Shown piece after piece: positions 1 through 11,392 of a stretch of 64,000 bases of DNA. Origin of the DNA: Azolla caroliniana. Taxonomy: Eukaryota; Plantae; Polypodiophyta. The notes under the pieces were generated by a model. It did not search any database. It saw nothing but the letters and a program-made list of their open reading frames with translations, and was not told the DNA's origin. Position 1 is the stretch's first letter; every line of letters begins with the position of its first letter. Both the position numbers and the translations under genes were made by a program. The DNA lies in contig JBHGNT010000004.1 of the NCBI GenBank assembly GCA_043228905.1, positions 806,001-870,000 of the forward strand, given 5' to 3'.

Positions 1-743
1 GCGGATACTCCTATTCATGAGCCTTGTTACGAGAGCTAGATGACCTTGAGTAAGAAAATGACTTCATTTCTTAGGAGCATTAGAAAACCAACAAACTTGT
101 GTGACGCTATAAGTCGTCGAGAAGTATCGGTGAGTAATATTGTGTGAAGAGTCAAACATAATTACGAATCAATTCCACGTCCAATGCCATAAATTTGAAA
201 CCGCACGCTTGAATGCTTTATTGTACTAAAGGATAACCTTTATGTCTCTCTCTCTCTCTCTCTAAAGACTCTTTATGTTGAGACTCGAAAATGCCCTCCC
301 TTGTTTCAATATGGAAGGAGGAATGCATCTAATAGAATAAATATTTCATCTCTATGTGGAACTTGGAAATGAACAATACCTCTTATACAACAACATATGC
401 ATGGAAGGAGATGAAAGGCCAAGACCAACCAATATCTCTTATAAGTAAGCAATTAGGAAAACTTCGAATGTATCCCTCGATTCAAGACAGGCGCAAGTAT
501 CACACGTTCCCCTTGCATTTCAAGGACACGGTTACGTAAAACGCCAAAATCTTCAACATTCATTGGCAATCAAACCAATGAGCGGCACGGATGAACCGAG
601 AGAGCAAGGTAACTTAAAGGAAACATGTGTTCATTTGTTTTTGTGAAAAACACATGGTGGTGTTATGTGAGTATGAACAAAATGGGAGAGCTCAAAATGA
701 GTGAATAATGAATGGATAGTAGTTCCAAGAGGAAGAATTTCAC

Positions 744-3260
744 ATGACACACCAACACCATGTTTCTTCTTCTTCTTCTGTTGGTGGTTTCATAAACAGG
801 GGAAGCATCATTTCTCTCCTGCAGACATCATCATCATCATCATCCTGTAAGGACCTCAGGTCTGCCAGGGCTTTGCACCTCCTCCTCATCAACCATGGCT
901 TGGAAGCCGATGGCTTCCTCTGTGACCACCTCATCCGCGCCATTGCGGCTTCCTCCTCCCCCTCGTGTGGATTGCAGGGCCGGAGTCGGCTCCTCGAATG
1001 CTGCCGGCAGGTCTTCTACAAGATCCCCAACCCCACCATCTATTCTTGGAATGCAGTTACTCAAGCACATGCTAAGCTGGGGGAAGAGGACACCGCCATC
1101 TCATTCTATCGGCTGATGCATGAGAAGGGTTTGGAGACCGACAGGTGCACTTATTGCTGTGTCTTACAGGCATGCCGCCACACATTTCACCGGCACCATT
1201 GGGGTGTATTGATACATGGCCAGATTGCAATCGTCGGGATGGAATCGGATCTTCGCGTCGCAAGCGCAATCGTGGATATGTATGCCAAAAATGGGAGCTT
1301 AGACTCCGCGCTGAATGTGTTCAGTACATTGAAAAACCCTGATCTGGTTGCATGGGGTGCATTAATGCATGGGTACTTGGATAATGGGTACTTCCTCACA
1401 GTGTTTGAGGTTTATGGAAGAATGCAAAAGCAGGGTAAGACACCAAATCATGTTATCTTATCTTACATGTTAAGAGCTTGTAGCCATATGGGAGGAGCAA
1501 CAGAAGATGGTAGATTGTTACACCAGCTGATCGTTTGGAATGATCTTGAATCAGATAGTTTGGTTATGAATGGTCTTGTAGATATGTATTGTAAGTGTGG
1601 CTCCCTTGACGAAGCACATCATTCATTTCTTCGTTTGAAGCGTAAGGATGCTGTGTCCTGGAGTGTGATGATTTCTGGTTACGTTGAGCATGGATGCATG
1701 TCCTATGCATTTCAACTATTTGAAGAAATGCGGCAATTGGGCGTACAGCCTTCCACACCTGTTGTTGTGTGTGTCTTGAAAGCATGTAATTGCTTAGGAG
1801 CAATAGACGAAGGCAGGTTAATGCATGATGAGATTATTAAGAGCAATCTGGAGGTTGATATGGCTGTTGGGAGTAGTCTCATTGCTATGTATGCTAAGTA
1901 TGGTCATCTGATGGAGGCACATAATGTGTTTGAGCATCTGCAAGAACGTGATGTTGTGGCATGGGGAACGCTAATAGATGCTCACGCGGACTGCGGGCGG
2001 GGTCATGATGCGCTACATCTCTATAAGGAAATGGATCACAAAGGTGTTCTTCCAGACCCACAAATTTTCTTGGCGATGATAAAAGCATGTGCTAGCATAA
2101 GGGACATACAACAAGGCATGTCAATACATGGCCTTGTTGTTAGATATGGATTCATATCAGCTGTTTTATTTGGAAGCTCCCTCATCAGTATGTATGGGAA
2201 GTGTGGGGTCGTTCAAGACGCAGAAAAGGTGTTCTATGATATGGGGGATCCAGATGAAGCATCATGGTGTGCTATGATTGCAGGATACACTCACCTTGGC
2301 CATGGCATTCTCGCCCTTGAATTATATTTGAAAATGCAGGTTGCAGGTGTAAAACCTGATGCTGTTATATATACATGTCTGTTGAAGGCATGCAGCAGCA
2401 TAGGAGCATTGAAAGAAGGGAAACTAATTCACTGTGAGATATTTTGTGATGGTTATGGATTAGATAAGGACGTCTGTGATTCTCTCATTGATATGTATGC
2501 TAGCTGTGGAGGCTTAGAGGAGGCTTTCAAGATGTTCAATGGGCTACCAGTTCGCAACATATTTTCTTGGACAGCAATCATTCTAGGATGTGTGCTTCAT
2601 AACAATGGACTTTTGGCGCTGGAATTATTTGAAAAGATGCAAGAACAAGAGATTAGAGCAGATAAACCAATCTATCTATGTGTTGCAAGGGCATGTGCAA
2701 TCAGTGGAAGCATCATGGAAGGACGATTAATTCATGATCAGATTCTGAGAAGTGGTTTGGATGATCTTGATCTAATGATAAAAAATATGCTAGTTCACAT
2801 GTATGCTAAGTGTGGGAATCTGGTGGAAGCCTGTAAAGTGTTTAGTAGTATACATTGCCCTGATGTTGTTTCATGGGGTATATTGATTTCAGGATATGCT
2901 TTCCATGGCGACAAAGTTGGAGCTATAAACTGTCTTGAAAAAATCCAGAATTATGATATAAAGCCAGATGCCTCTTTATGCGCCAATATATTTTCAGCTT
3001 ATAGTCATTCTGGCCTGCTAGAGGAAGGCTGTGTGTACTTCAATGATCTGAGATATGACCATGGAATGTCGCCATCTGGTTTACATTATAATTCAATGAT
3101 TGACCTTCTTAGCCGGATTGGATACCTCAATGAAGCAGAAAACATGCTTCACACTATGCCGGTATCACCTCTTATAGCAGGTTGGACATCATTGATTTCT
3201 AGCTGCAGGGTATATGGTAATGCTAACATGGGACACGTGTGTTTTAATAAGGGTGTGTAG
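744..3260 (+). CDS. PLS-class pentatricopeptide repeat protein, intronless, ending early in the E domain with no DYW domain
   Basis: 838-aa ORF with repeated P/L/S motifs (LVDMYCKCGSLDEA, DVVSWGILISGYA, LLKACSSIGALKEG); ends HYNSMIDLLSRIG...GWTSLISSCRVYGN then a stop. Confidence 0.95.
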   Translation: MTHQHHVSSSSSVGGFINRGSIISLLQTSSSSSSCKDLRSARALHLLLINHGLEADGFLCDHLIRAIAASSSPSCGLQGRSRLLECCRQVFYKIPNPTIYSWNAVTQAHAKLGEEDTAISFYRLMHEKGLETDRCTYCCVLQACRHTFHRHHWGVLIHGQIAIVGMESDLRVASAIVDMYAKNGSLDSALNVFSTLKNPDLVAWGALMHGYLDNGYFLTVFEVYGRMQKQGKTPNHVILSYMLRACSHMGGATEDGRLLHQLIVWNDLESDSLVMNGLVDMYCKCGSLDEAHHSFLRLKRKDAVSWSVMISGYVEHGCMSYAFQLFEEMRQLGVQPSTPVVVCVLKACNCLGAIDEGRLMHDEIIKSNLEVDMAVGSSLIAMYAKYGHLMEAHNVFEHLQERDVVAWGTLIDAHADCGRGHDALHLYKEMDHKGVLPDPQIFLAMIKACASIRDIQQGMSIHGLVVRYGFISAVLFGSSLISMYGKCGVVQDAEKVFYDMGDPDEASWCAMIAGYTHLGHGILALELYLKMQVAGVKPDAVIYTCLLKACSSIGALKEGKLIHCEIFCDGYGLDKDVCDSLIDMYASCGGLEEAFKMFNGLPVRNIFSWTAIILGCVLHNNGLLALELFEKMQEQEIRADKPIYLCVARACAISGSIMEGRLIHDQILRSGLDDLDLMIKNMLVHMYAKCGNLVEACKVFSSIHCPDVVSWGILISGYAFHGDKVGAINCLEKIQNYDIKPDASLCANIFSAYSHSGLLEEGCVYFNDLRYDHGMSPSGLHYNSMIDLLSRIGYLNEAENMLHTMPVSPLIAGWTSLISSCRVYGNANMGHVCFNKGV

Positions 3261-3647
3261 CAACTGGCTTGCAATTGCTCTAGGGACTCACAAATCTGGT
3301 CTGAATCACAAAAGATAAATCACCTGTGTCTTCAACATGGAGTTGATCTAGTTTGGACTCTCAGTACAACACATTCTCAGAGCAGTTGTAACAAGGGAAA
3401 ATGAAAGGAATGCCTGAAATCAGAGAGAAAATTTGCCAGAGAAGATCTGTGTGTTATTCACATCAAATCTACACTAACATACAACATCTTTGAATGATTT
3501 CGATTTTAAATGAAAATCATTTTCTGCACTGTTTACTTTTTTTCTGCAAACGAATGATTTTATTATCTCCAAAAGAAAAGCTGGTGTTCTTAGCTCTGCC
3601 CTATTGGGCATAGCCAGAAATGATCTGGTTCTGGAGCAGATTGGAAT

Positions 3648-4148
3648 GGGAGGTTGATAACAGTGAAAAAGTGTGGTTTCTATTGTTGGGTGCCGCTATT
3701 GATCCATAAGTCACTGCAATATTTGAGTGATGGAGGCGGCAGCAGCGTAAGTATCAGCACAAGAAGAAATGGGAATAATTTAATGCATTGGTTGAAATTA
3801 CAATAGAATTGGTGAAGTGCTTGTGGGGTGCAATGCCACTATTGGGATGCTTTGGATTCACAAAGAGTCTCAATGAGGCAGTCAAACACATGTCGGACAT
3901 TAGGTTTTCACCCAGGGAATCTTTACATATCAATGGGCAAATTCAGAAATGGTCTGGTTATGAAGCAGATTGTAATGGGAGGTTGATGACAGTAAAAAAA
4001 CTTGCTTTCAATTGTTGGGTGCCGTTATTGATCCGTTAGTCATTTGAAGGAACAACAATCCATCATGAAGTGGATGTGTGGTGCAATGAACTACTGTGAT
4101 GCTTCAGGTTCACAAAGAGTCTCTCAATGAGGCAATCAAACACATGTC
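3648..4148 (+). repeat. Degenerate direct duplication downstream of the PPR gene
   Basis: gggaggttgat...ttgttgggtgccg at ~3648 and ~3977; gtgcaatg...ttcacaaagagtct...gaggcaNtcaaacacatgtc at ~3829 and ~4081. Confidence 0.7.
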
Positions 4149-4984
4149 AAACTTTTTGGCTTTTACCCGGGTTATATATATATATATGCCCTCATCTTTG
4201 AATATTTCTATGTGGAAGACAGATAGAGTCACTTATTGGTCATCTCCTTATCATTTTTTTGTGGGTTTCACCTGACTTTGAGGTTTCCAAATAGTAATAT
4301 GTCCTGAACCCAAAATAAATAAAACAGTCTTAATGAGGCATGCATGTATCAACTCTATTGCTTGCCACCCATATATAGGTGATTGCGGAATACTTGTAAT
4401 AGACATTCAGATATCAAAGTTTACATTCATATGTTGTGCATGTGACTAAATATACATGAGGGGCAATCCATTAGAATGTGTGGAAGACATGTTCTTGCAT
4501 CAAATTACTAGCCGGAAAAGTCAAACAAACAAAAAATTCTAACTAGTTATTATGTTTGTCCTTGTTTTAACTATTGTTGATCCTTCAAAACTGTGTGATG
4601 TAATAATATATGAAAGCTAATGACTTCTTGAATGCTGCAATATCATAGTATGTTTGTAATATTTGTTCATTGTATGGGTTTACCATATAATCAAGCAAGG
4701 GAGCAAATGCAGATTTACCTACACTCAATTTCAACACGAGTGACCTGACATGTTGAGAGACCCGACACTTAGAAACACTATCACACACACCTACATTTAT
4801 GTATGTAGTATCTGTGGACATATATGCGTGTTTGTATATATGCGACATGTCTAACTACTACCAAATCATAAAGAGGCTTGATGAGGGAATCGAAGCCATG
4901 AACAATGGAAAGCGTGAATGCGATCTGCACCGTTCGATGTGGATAAAAAAAACGCTCCATCAAAATTGTACTTTATGGGTAGCT

Positions 4985-5100
4985 CGGGGAGCCCGACACA
5001 CTTTATTTGGAGCTCAACTCAATTGATGGAAGGAGCCCTACTCACTTTATTGCAAGCTAGAGGAGCCCCACTCACCTATGGCGGGAGCCCTACTCATTAT
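4985..5100. repeat. Short degenerate repeats (ggagccc-actcac-ttat, about 4 copies), possibly a transposon subterminal remnant
   Basis: Motif recurs near 4989, 5033, 5062 and 5083. Confidence 0.45.
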
Positions 5101-5546
5101 TTCTCTTGACTAAAACCTTGATCCCTGTCATTTTGATCTATTTTTCAAAGAAATGACCAAGGTCTTAGGAGGGAAGAATCTGCCTCAAGCACTACCTACC
5201 GTCAACGGGGCTTGATGGCTTGCTGTTGACGTCAAGGGGCTCGAATGTTATATGTTGCAAAAATTGTGGCTGCATTTTGCCATCAAATCCACATGAGCCA
5301 TAATCTCTGCTTACATGGATTTCATTTTAGGTTTTTCGACTTGGATTTTGGACATTTGAAGTTTTAAACTTGAATGTAATTGTAATGTGAAGCTTTAAGT
5401 TTTCCATTGATTTGTTATTTGCAACTTGAAGAGATAAGTTTGTGTCATTTTTTGAGTTTTAAGTTGTGTAATTGGAAGTTTAAGGTTTTTTAGCGTAATC
5501 TTTATGTAACATTTTGATGGCAAATTCCTGTTTTACATTTTGATAT

Positions 5547-5815
5547 TGTGAAATGCACATAAATGGAATCCAAACCAGCTTGCTTAGCTTCTTACTTCCT
5601 ATTCAATTTATAGTCGTACAAAGGTACCCATTTGGGTTGGCTTTACTTAGCTACATGCGTCCTAACAAGGGTATGCTAAAAGGGTGGCTCAACAGAACAC
5701 ATGTACACCATAACATGAAGGCATGCATACTAAACAAGGGTATGCTAAAAGGGGCACAAAGGAACACATGCACACCCAACATGAAGGCATGCACTTGCAT
5801 CCAAGGGACACCACA
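5547..5815 (-). repeat. 3' LTR of element A, with an internal ~68-bp duplication
   Basis: Near-identical to 16316-16584; unit aacaagggtatgctaaaaggg...catgaaggcatgca occurs twice. Confidence 0.93.
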
Positions 5816-5842
5816 TTCCCCCCCTGAGAGAAACAAGGAGTT

Positions 5843-8800
5843 TTATGACATGGGGAAAGGACGAGCGCTAGAAGATGGGCTTGGGGTAGCATAGGGCTTG
5901 ATGCAGGCAACATGGGCGGAGGTGAATTGACCATTGGAATCGCGTTGGAGCAAGTAAGTCGTGGATTTGATTGCACGAACCACGGTGAATGGGCCGATCC
6001 ATCGGTCCATGAGTGATTCGTTGAGACTGTGCCGCCGGACCGGGAAGTAAACAAGGACTTTGGTTCCATCATCATAAGTCGGGGTAATTCGACCCACGTC
6101 GTAATGTCACTTTTGGCGTTGTTGTGTGACTTGTAGGTTTCGAGAGCTTGCTTGTTGAAGGAGAGGTAGCAGTTGTTGGAGATAGAGCCCCCAAGTGGCA
6201 CCATCCATGTTGGTAGGTTTGGAATGGACGTCAATGGACGATTTTGGTGGGAGCCGAGGGTCACGCCCATAGAGTGCTCGAAAAGGGCTGATCTGTGTTG
6301 ACGCCTGAACGGATGTATTGTAGGCATGGGTGATGAAAGGCAAGATTTGATCCCAGGTTTTGTGGCATGGATCGATGTAAGTGACAATCTCTTGCTTGAG
6401 GATCTTGTTGAGGTGTTCGGTGAGGCCGTTTGTTTGCGGATGGTAGGAGGATGTAAACACCTGCTGGACACCTAGTTGAGTTGCAACCGCGTTGAGGACG
6501 TCCCCATGGAACTGGCGGCCTTGATCATATAAGAGTTAGACAGGGCAACCATGCTGAAAAATTACCTTGTGCAAAAGTTGGGATGCGATTGTTGGCGTAG
6601 TGACGTCAGGGATGGCAACAGTTTTAGCTCACCTGGTGAGGTATTCTGTTATGACCAGGATATACTTGTTGCCATTGGGGGTTTTGGGAAAGGTCCCATG
6701 AAATCCCATCCAACGAGCTCGAAAGGCGATGTGACGGTGATGGGTTGGAGCGTTCTAGTGAGCTTTCTCGCAGGTTTGATGTGTTGACACAAAGCACATT
6801 GGTTGATGTAGGTAGAGACAAAGTGTCGCATGTTGGGCCAATAATACTTGAGACGTAATTTTTCAAGAACCTTGTGGAAACCCATCTGACCCGACAATGG
6901 GTGGTCGTGATAAAATTGGAGATACGTCTGTTGTAGGGCATGAGGGATGTAGAGACGCGGCTTGTGATGCGCCTGAATGAAGAACGCCAAGTTATCACGG
7001 AGCATGAACTATCGTTGTGAGGGAAATGGTTGGAGGGAGCGCAACTGATGGGTTATCTCTCGGATGGTAGGGTCGTGTTGCTAAAGTATAGCGAGTTGTG
7101 GTAGTGGCAGTGGAAGATCAGACGTCGTGGGTAGAAATTGGACAGCTTGGAAATTGGCGCGAGAGAGACTATTGACGACCAAATTGGTTACACCTTTTCG
7201 ATAGGAGAGGGTCAACTGATAATCTTGAAGTACCAACGTCTATCGCAACAAGCGGCCCGGGGGGTGAGGTCGATGAATAAGAGAAAGTAAGGGCTGGTGG
7301 TCAGTCTCAACTGTAACTTGCCCGCCATGAAGGTATGGGTGAAGGTGCTGGAAAGACCAGACGATCGCAAGTAGTTCCTTCTCAATGGTTGAGTAGTTCC
7401 GTTCAGCTGGCGTGAGAGTTCGGCTAATGAAGGCGACCGCCTTCTCTTGCCCATGGCAATCGGTTTGTAGGAGGACGGCTCCTAACCCATGGTTAGAGGC
7501 ATCTGTTTGCAACGTAAACGGTTGGTCAAAGTTAGGATGGGCGAGCAACCTTGATTCCTGGATCATTGTTTTGAGGTGACGAAAGCTGTCTTCGCAAGCA
7601 AGATCCCAAATGAATGACCCACCTTTCTTCAGGAGATGACGGAGGGGGAAAGTGACCAAGGCGAGGTTCGGGATGAAGCAAAGGGAAAAGGTGATCATGC
7701 CCAAAAAACGTTGCAATGTTTTTATTGAGGTGGGGTGGGGGTAGTCGGTGATGGCAACTACCTTTGTAGGGTCCATATGGATTCCATCTCCAGAGATGAT
7801 GAAGCCGAGAAAACGGAGGTTGGTGCTTCCCCATCGACACTTCTTCCATTGGAGTTGCAAGTTATGCTTAGTTATGCAAGCGTGGACTTTAGCGAGAGTT
7901 TGTAGATGATCCTCCCAAGTGGCAGTGTGGATAAGGATGTCATCGAGATAAACGAGGAGGACACCTTTACTGATAAGGACGACAAAGATGGAGTTTGCCA
8001 TGCGTTGGAATATGCTGCCAGCATCAGACAGGCCAAACGACATGCGGGTGAACTGGAACAACCCGCGTCGTATGTGAAATGCGGTCTTGTGGGCGTCAGA
8101 CGACTTTAAGGGGATCTGCCAATATCCCGAGGCCAAGTCAAGGGAGGTGAAATAACAGGAGCCCCCGAGCTAGTCCAAGAGGTCGTCCATGCGAGGGAGT
8201 GGGTAGAGGTCATGGATCGTCACTTTGTTGAGAGGCCTAAAGTCGATGCAGAAGCGAAAGGTGCCATCATCCTTCTTGACGAGGTGGGGTTCCGAAACCC
8301 AATCGCTGGTGGAAAGAATGATAATACCTTTGGTGAGCATATTGGTGATGACAACATTGATGCGATCGTGGTCGAGGGGGGAATGTCGGAATGTAGCCAT
8401 GTGGATGGGAGCGGCGTCCCCGGTACGAATGACATGTTGTACCAAGAAAGAAACAGTAGCGTCATGCGTGGGTTGGGGGGCTAGTGACGGAAAACGAGCT
8501 AACAATTGGTGGACGAAGATTAACCGCTCCTTGGGACTGAGGGCCACCTGGACTTGGCTGAGGTGGGGGACATGGGGGCTATCGTGTAGGAGGGGGATAG
8601 GGGGAGCTTGTGGGATAATCAGTTTGTGAGCATCGAAATCAATCATAGCGCGATCCTTGAGGAGCCAATCGCAACCTAAGGTGAGGGGGAAGAGTTGGCG
8701 GGGCAAGACATAAAAGTGGTGTGAGAATGTGAGAGAGCCTAAGGTAACGGTGTAGTGGGCTTGCGTGCAAGAGTGGTATAGATGTTGGTGATTGCCAAAA

Positions 8801-9000
8801 AGGACTTGGATGGAAGGAGCGGTGGTTGTGGGGAGGCCTAATTGGTGAACTAAGGCGGTGCTAATTGAAGATATACTACTACTAGAGTTTAATACGATGG
8901 TGTGTGTGGACTGATTAATGGTGGCGAGAGTGGTGCATACCTATGAACTAGAAGAGGCAGACGCTTGGATGTGGGGGGCTGGCTCTTCCATCAGTACCCC
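5843..9000 (-). pseudogene. pol of element A (PR-RT-RNase H-INT), disrupted
   Basis: ORF pieces 8170-8706, 7240-8136, 6649-7005, 6107-6460 and 5843-6097 carry RT, RNase H and integrase motifs. Confidence 0.9.
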
Positions 9001-9067
9001 AGAAGTTAGTTTCTTGGAAGCTCAACCAACGATGCGGCGTTAGCCATGGTTATCTAGGTTTGCTGCT

Positions 9068-9173
9068 TGTGAGATTGTTGTTGCAATTTCCAGCAATAAC
9101 GTCAGACGTGTCCATAATTGTGTGAGATTGTTGTTGCAATTTCCAGCAATAACGTCAGACGTGTCCATAATTG
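9068..9173. repeat. 53-bp tandem duplication at the gag zinc-knuckle end of element A
   Basis: tgtgagattgttgttgcaatttccagcaataacgtcagacgtgtccataattg starts at 9068 and 9121. Confidence 0.85.
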
Positions 9174-9489
9174 TGGCAGTAGAAACACTTCGGGCATCCT
9201 TGGGTATCGCGATTAGGAAGGTTTCGGCGAGTCTGCATCGGCACGTTTTGGACGTCAATGTCCATGGGGGTCGCTCCTTGGTACTGCGCGCGCAAGTCGG
9301 TCGTTGGTGGAGGGGGCTATCGTGGTTGGTGTCATGAAGACATACATCTTGGCTTATCATGACATTCATCTTGGCGAACCAGGAATCGAACCCATAACCT
9401 CTTGGTTTACATATTGTACTTTAACCATTGTAATAACATATGTGAGATGTAATCATAATAATTATATGTTTAGTTATTACGAGATATTT

Positions 9490-9615
9490 AGAACATTCTA
9501 GATTATTCTAGAATGTTCTTGAATATTTCATGATTATATTTATTATTATTATTATTCATAAATATCTAAAATATTCTAGAACATTCTAGAATACTCCATA
9601 AGGGCCTATAAATAA
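9490..9615 (+). promoter_or_regulatory. LTR promoter of B: heat-shock-element arrays and TATA box
   Basis: Alternating nGAAn/nTTCn units at 9490-9524 and 9573-9592; TATAAATAA at 9607. Confidence 0.75.
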
Positions 9616-9880
9616 GAGTCCATACACTCATCACAACTCATTCGGTTCAACACCAGTCTTTAGCCCTTAGCCTACTCCTTGTAATCTTCTTTCTCATAAT
9701 ATAATCGCATTCCCATTTCTTATCTCTCACTTATACTTTTCTCTCTCTCGCACTCTCTCCCTCTTTCACTCTCTTTCTATCACTATCGCTATCTCTACCG
9801 CTCTCGCCATCTCTATCGTTATCGTTATCTCTATCGCCATCGCTCTCTCTCTCTGCTTCCTACTCAAGAGTCACGACAGT

Positions 9881-9891
9881 TTGAACCGAAT
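9881..9891 (+). promoter_or_regulatory. Self-priming PBS of B
   Basis: TTGAACCGAAT is the reverse complement of ATTCGGTTCAA at 9640-9650, 33 nt after the TATA start. Confidence 0.85.
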
Positions 9892-9963
9892 ATTTCTTTT
9901 CCCTTTTTCCAATAACTCTAGCAAGCTTTCTTCTTTATCCTTCTTTCTTTTTCCCCCGCGGTT

Positions 9964-11392
9964 ATGGAGTCGGTCAGCAAGCAAGAGTATATGCGTGTCC
10001 TTTCGGAGCTCGATATGCTCACCACTAAGTTTGTGGCATTAGAGCAAGAAAATCAAAGGCTACTCGGGGATCTTCAACAAGTCAGTACTGAGAAAGCTCA
10101 TCAATATGAGGAGTTATCACAACGGGTTCATCAACTTGAGGCTACTGGGTGAAAGCATGCGAATGGAAACACTATTATAGCTATTTAGCTGGTAAATTGA
10201 CCACAGCTAAATAGTTTTTTTTATAGCTAATTTTTAGTAGGAAGATCTTAAAGATACGTATCATTTATGATGGGAATGGAAATATTACCATTTATGGTCC
10301 ACCGTTTAGCTAGTCTTTATTTGAGATCAAATTCTAATCATCCCTAAAATTGCCAAAATATACAGATTACATGTAGCTTTTTAGATAGCTAATTAGCTAT
10401 GTCAAGGACATAGCTAATTGTTCCCATTCCCATGCTTTCACCCTACTATATTAACATTACGAGAACAAGCAGCGGGGGTTCAAAACTCCCCAAGGGAACC
10501 AAAGATTAGCCTCCCTGCCAAGTTTGATGGTACCAGATCTCTCTTTCGAGGTTTCCTGAATCAAGTTCGTTTGGTGATTCAGTTACATCCCAATCGGTAT
10601 CCAACTGATGCTGCCCGTGTGGGATTAATAGGAACCTTGCTAAGCGGTACAGCGTTAGCATGGTTTGCACCACTTCTTGAGAAGAAATCACCATTACTGG
10701 AGGATTTCGAGGCATTCGTTAAGGAGTTTCAAGCTAGTTTTGGAGATACGGATAGCACTAGGACTGCAATAAACAAGATTCGAAGACTCCGACAAGGAGA
10801 TCGTCCCGCTTCAGCTTATGCCGCAGATTTCCGTCTCTTGGCATGCGACATCCCTTGGGATGAGGCAGCCTTAATGGATCAATTCCGTCAGGGTTTGCGT
10901 AACGATGTCAAAGATCTTCTTCTTACTTTCCATGAAGATCCAAAGTCTCTTACTGAAGCTATTAGCCGAGCTGTGCGATGTGATAATCGCCTATTTGAGC
11001 GACGTTCTGAACATCAACAAATGTTACGCCGCCAACCGGAACAGACATACGCTTCTATAGTCGCCACACCGCCACAAGGTTCTAGACCCGTTACGAGGGA
11101 TGGTCCCACTCCGATGGAAATAGAGTCGACACAACGTCGAGGGCCCTTATCAGATGCTGAGAAACAACGACGTCGGGCGCATCGCCTATGCCTCTACTGT
11201 GGTGGTCCAGGACATATAGCTGTGAATTGTCCACATAAACCCAGGCGTCAAGTTTACCAAGTAAGTGCACATGACAACCCTACATCAAGTTCTACTATCA
11301 CTTCTAATAACTTAAGTACTAAGCCTACTAGCCCATGCCATGAGAATAGATTTGATGTCTTGAGCCAATTAGAGGATGTGTTAAACGAATAA
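9964..11392 (+). pseudogene. gag of B interrupted by a MITE
   Basis: 9964-10146 joins in frame to 10448-11392 (LEAT|ILTLREQ); retrotransposon gag domain and CLYCGGPGHIAVNC knuckle; matches the uninterrupted region of C gag. Confidence 0.9.
10147..10443. mobile_element. 297-bp MITE with GGG..CCC termini and 4-bp TSD TACT
   Basis: TIRs gggtgaaagcatgcgaatggaaaca / tgttcccattcccatgctttcaccc; TACT at 10143-10146 and 10444-10447. Confidence 0.9.

Noticed and set aside
4585-4848. 87-aa minus-strand ORF as a gene exon
   Set aside because: No recognisable motif or partner exons
9371-9445. Functional tRNA genes in the LTRs
   Set aside because: Acceptor and anticodon stems do not close; only the A/B boxes and their spacing are tRNA-like
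10418-10447. Start of the 324-aa gag ORF at 10418
   Set aside because: Its first codons lie in the MITE TIR; the true gag start is 9964
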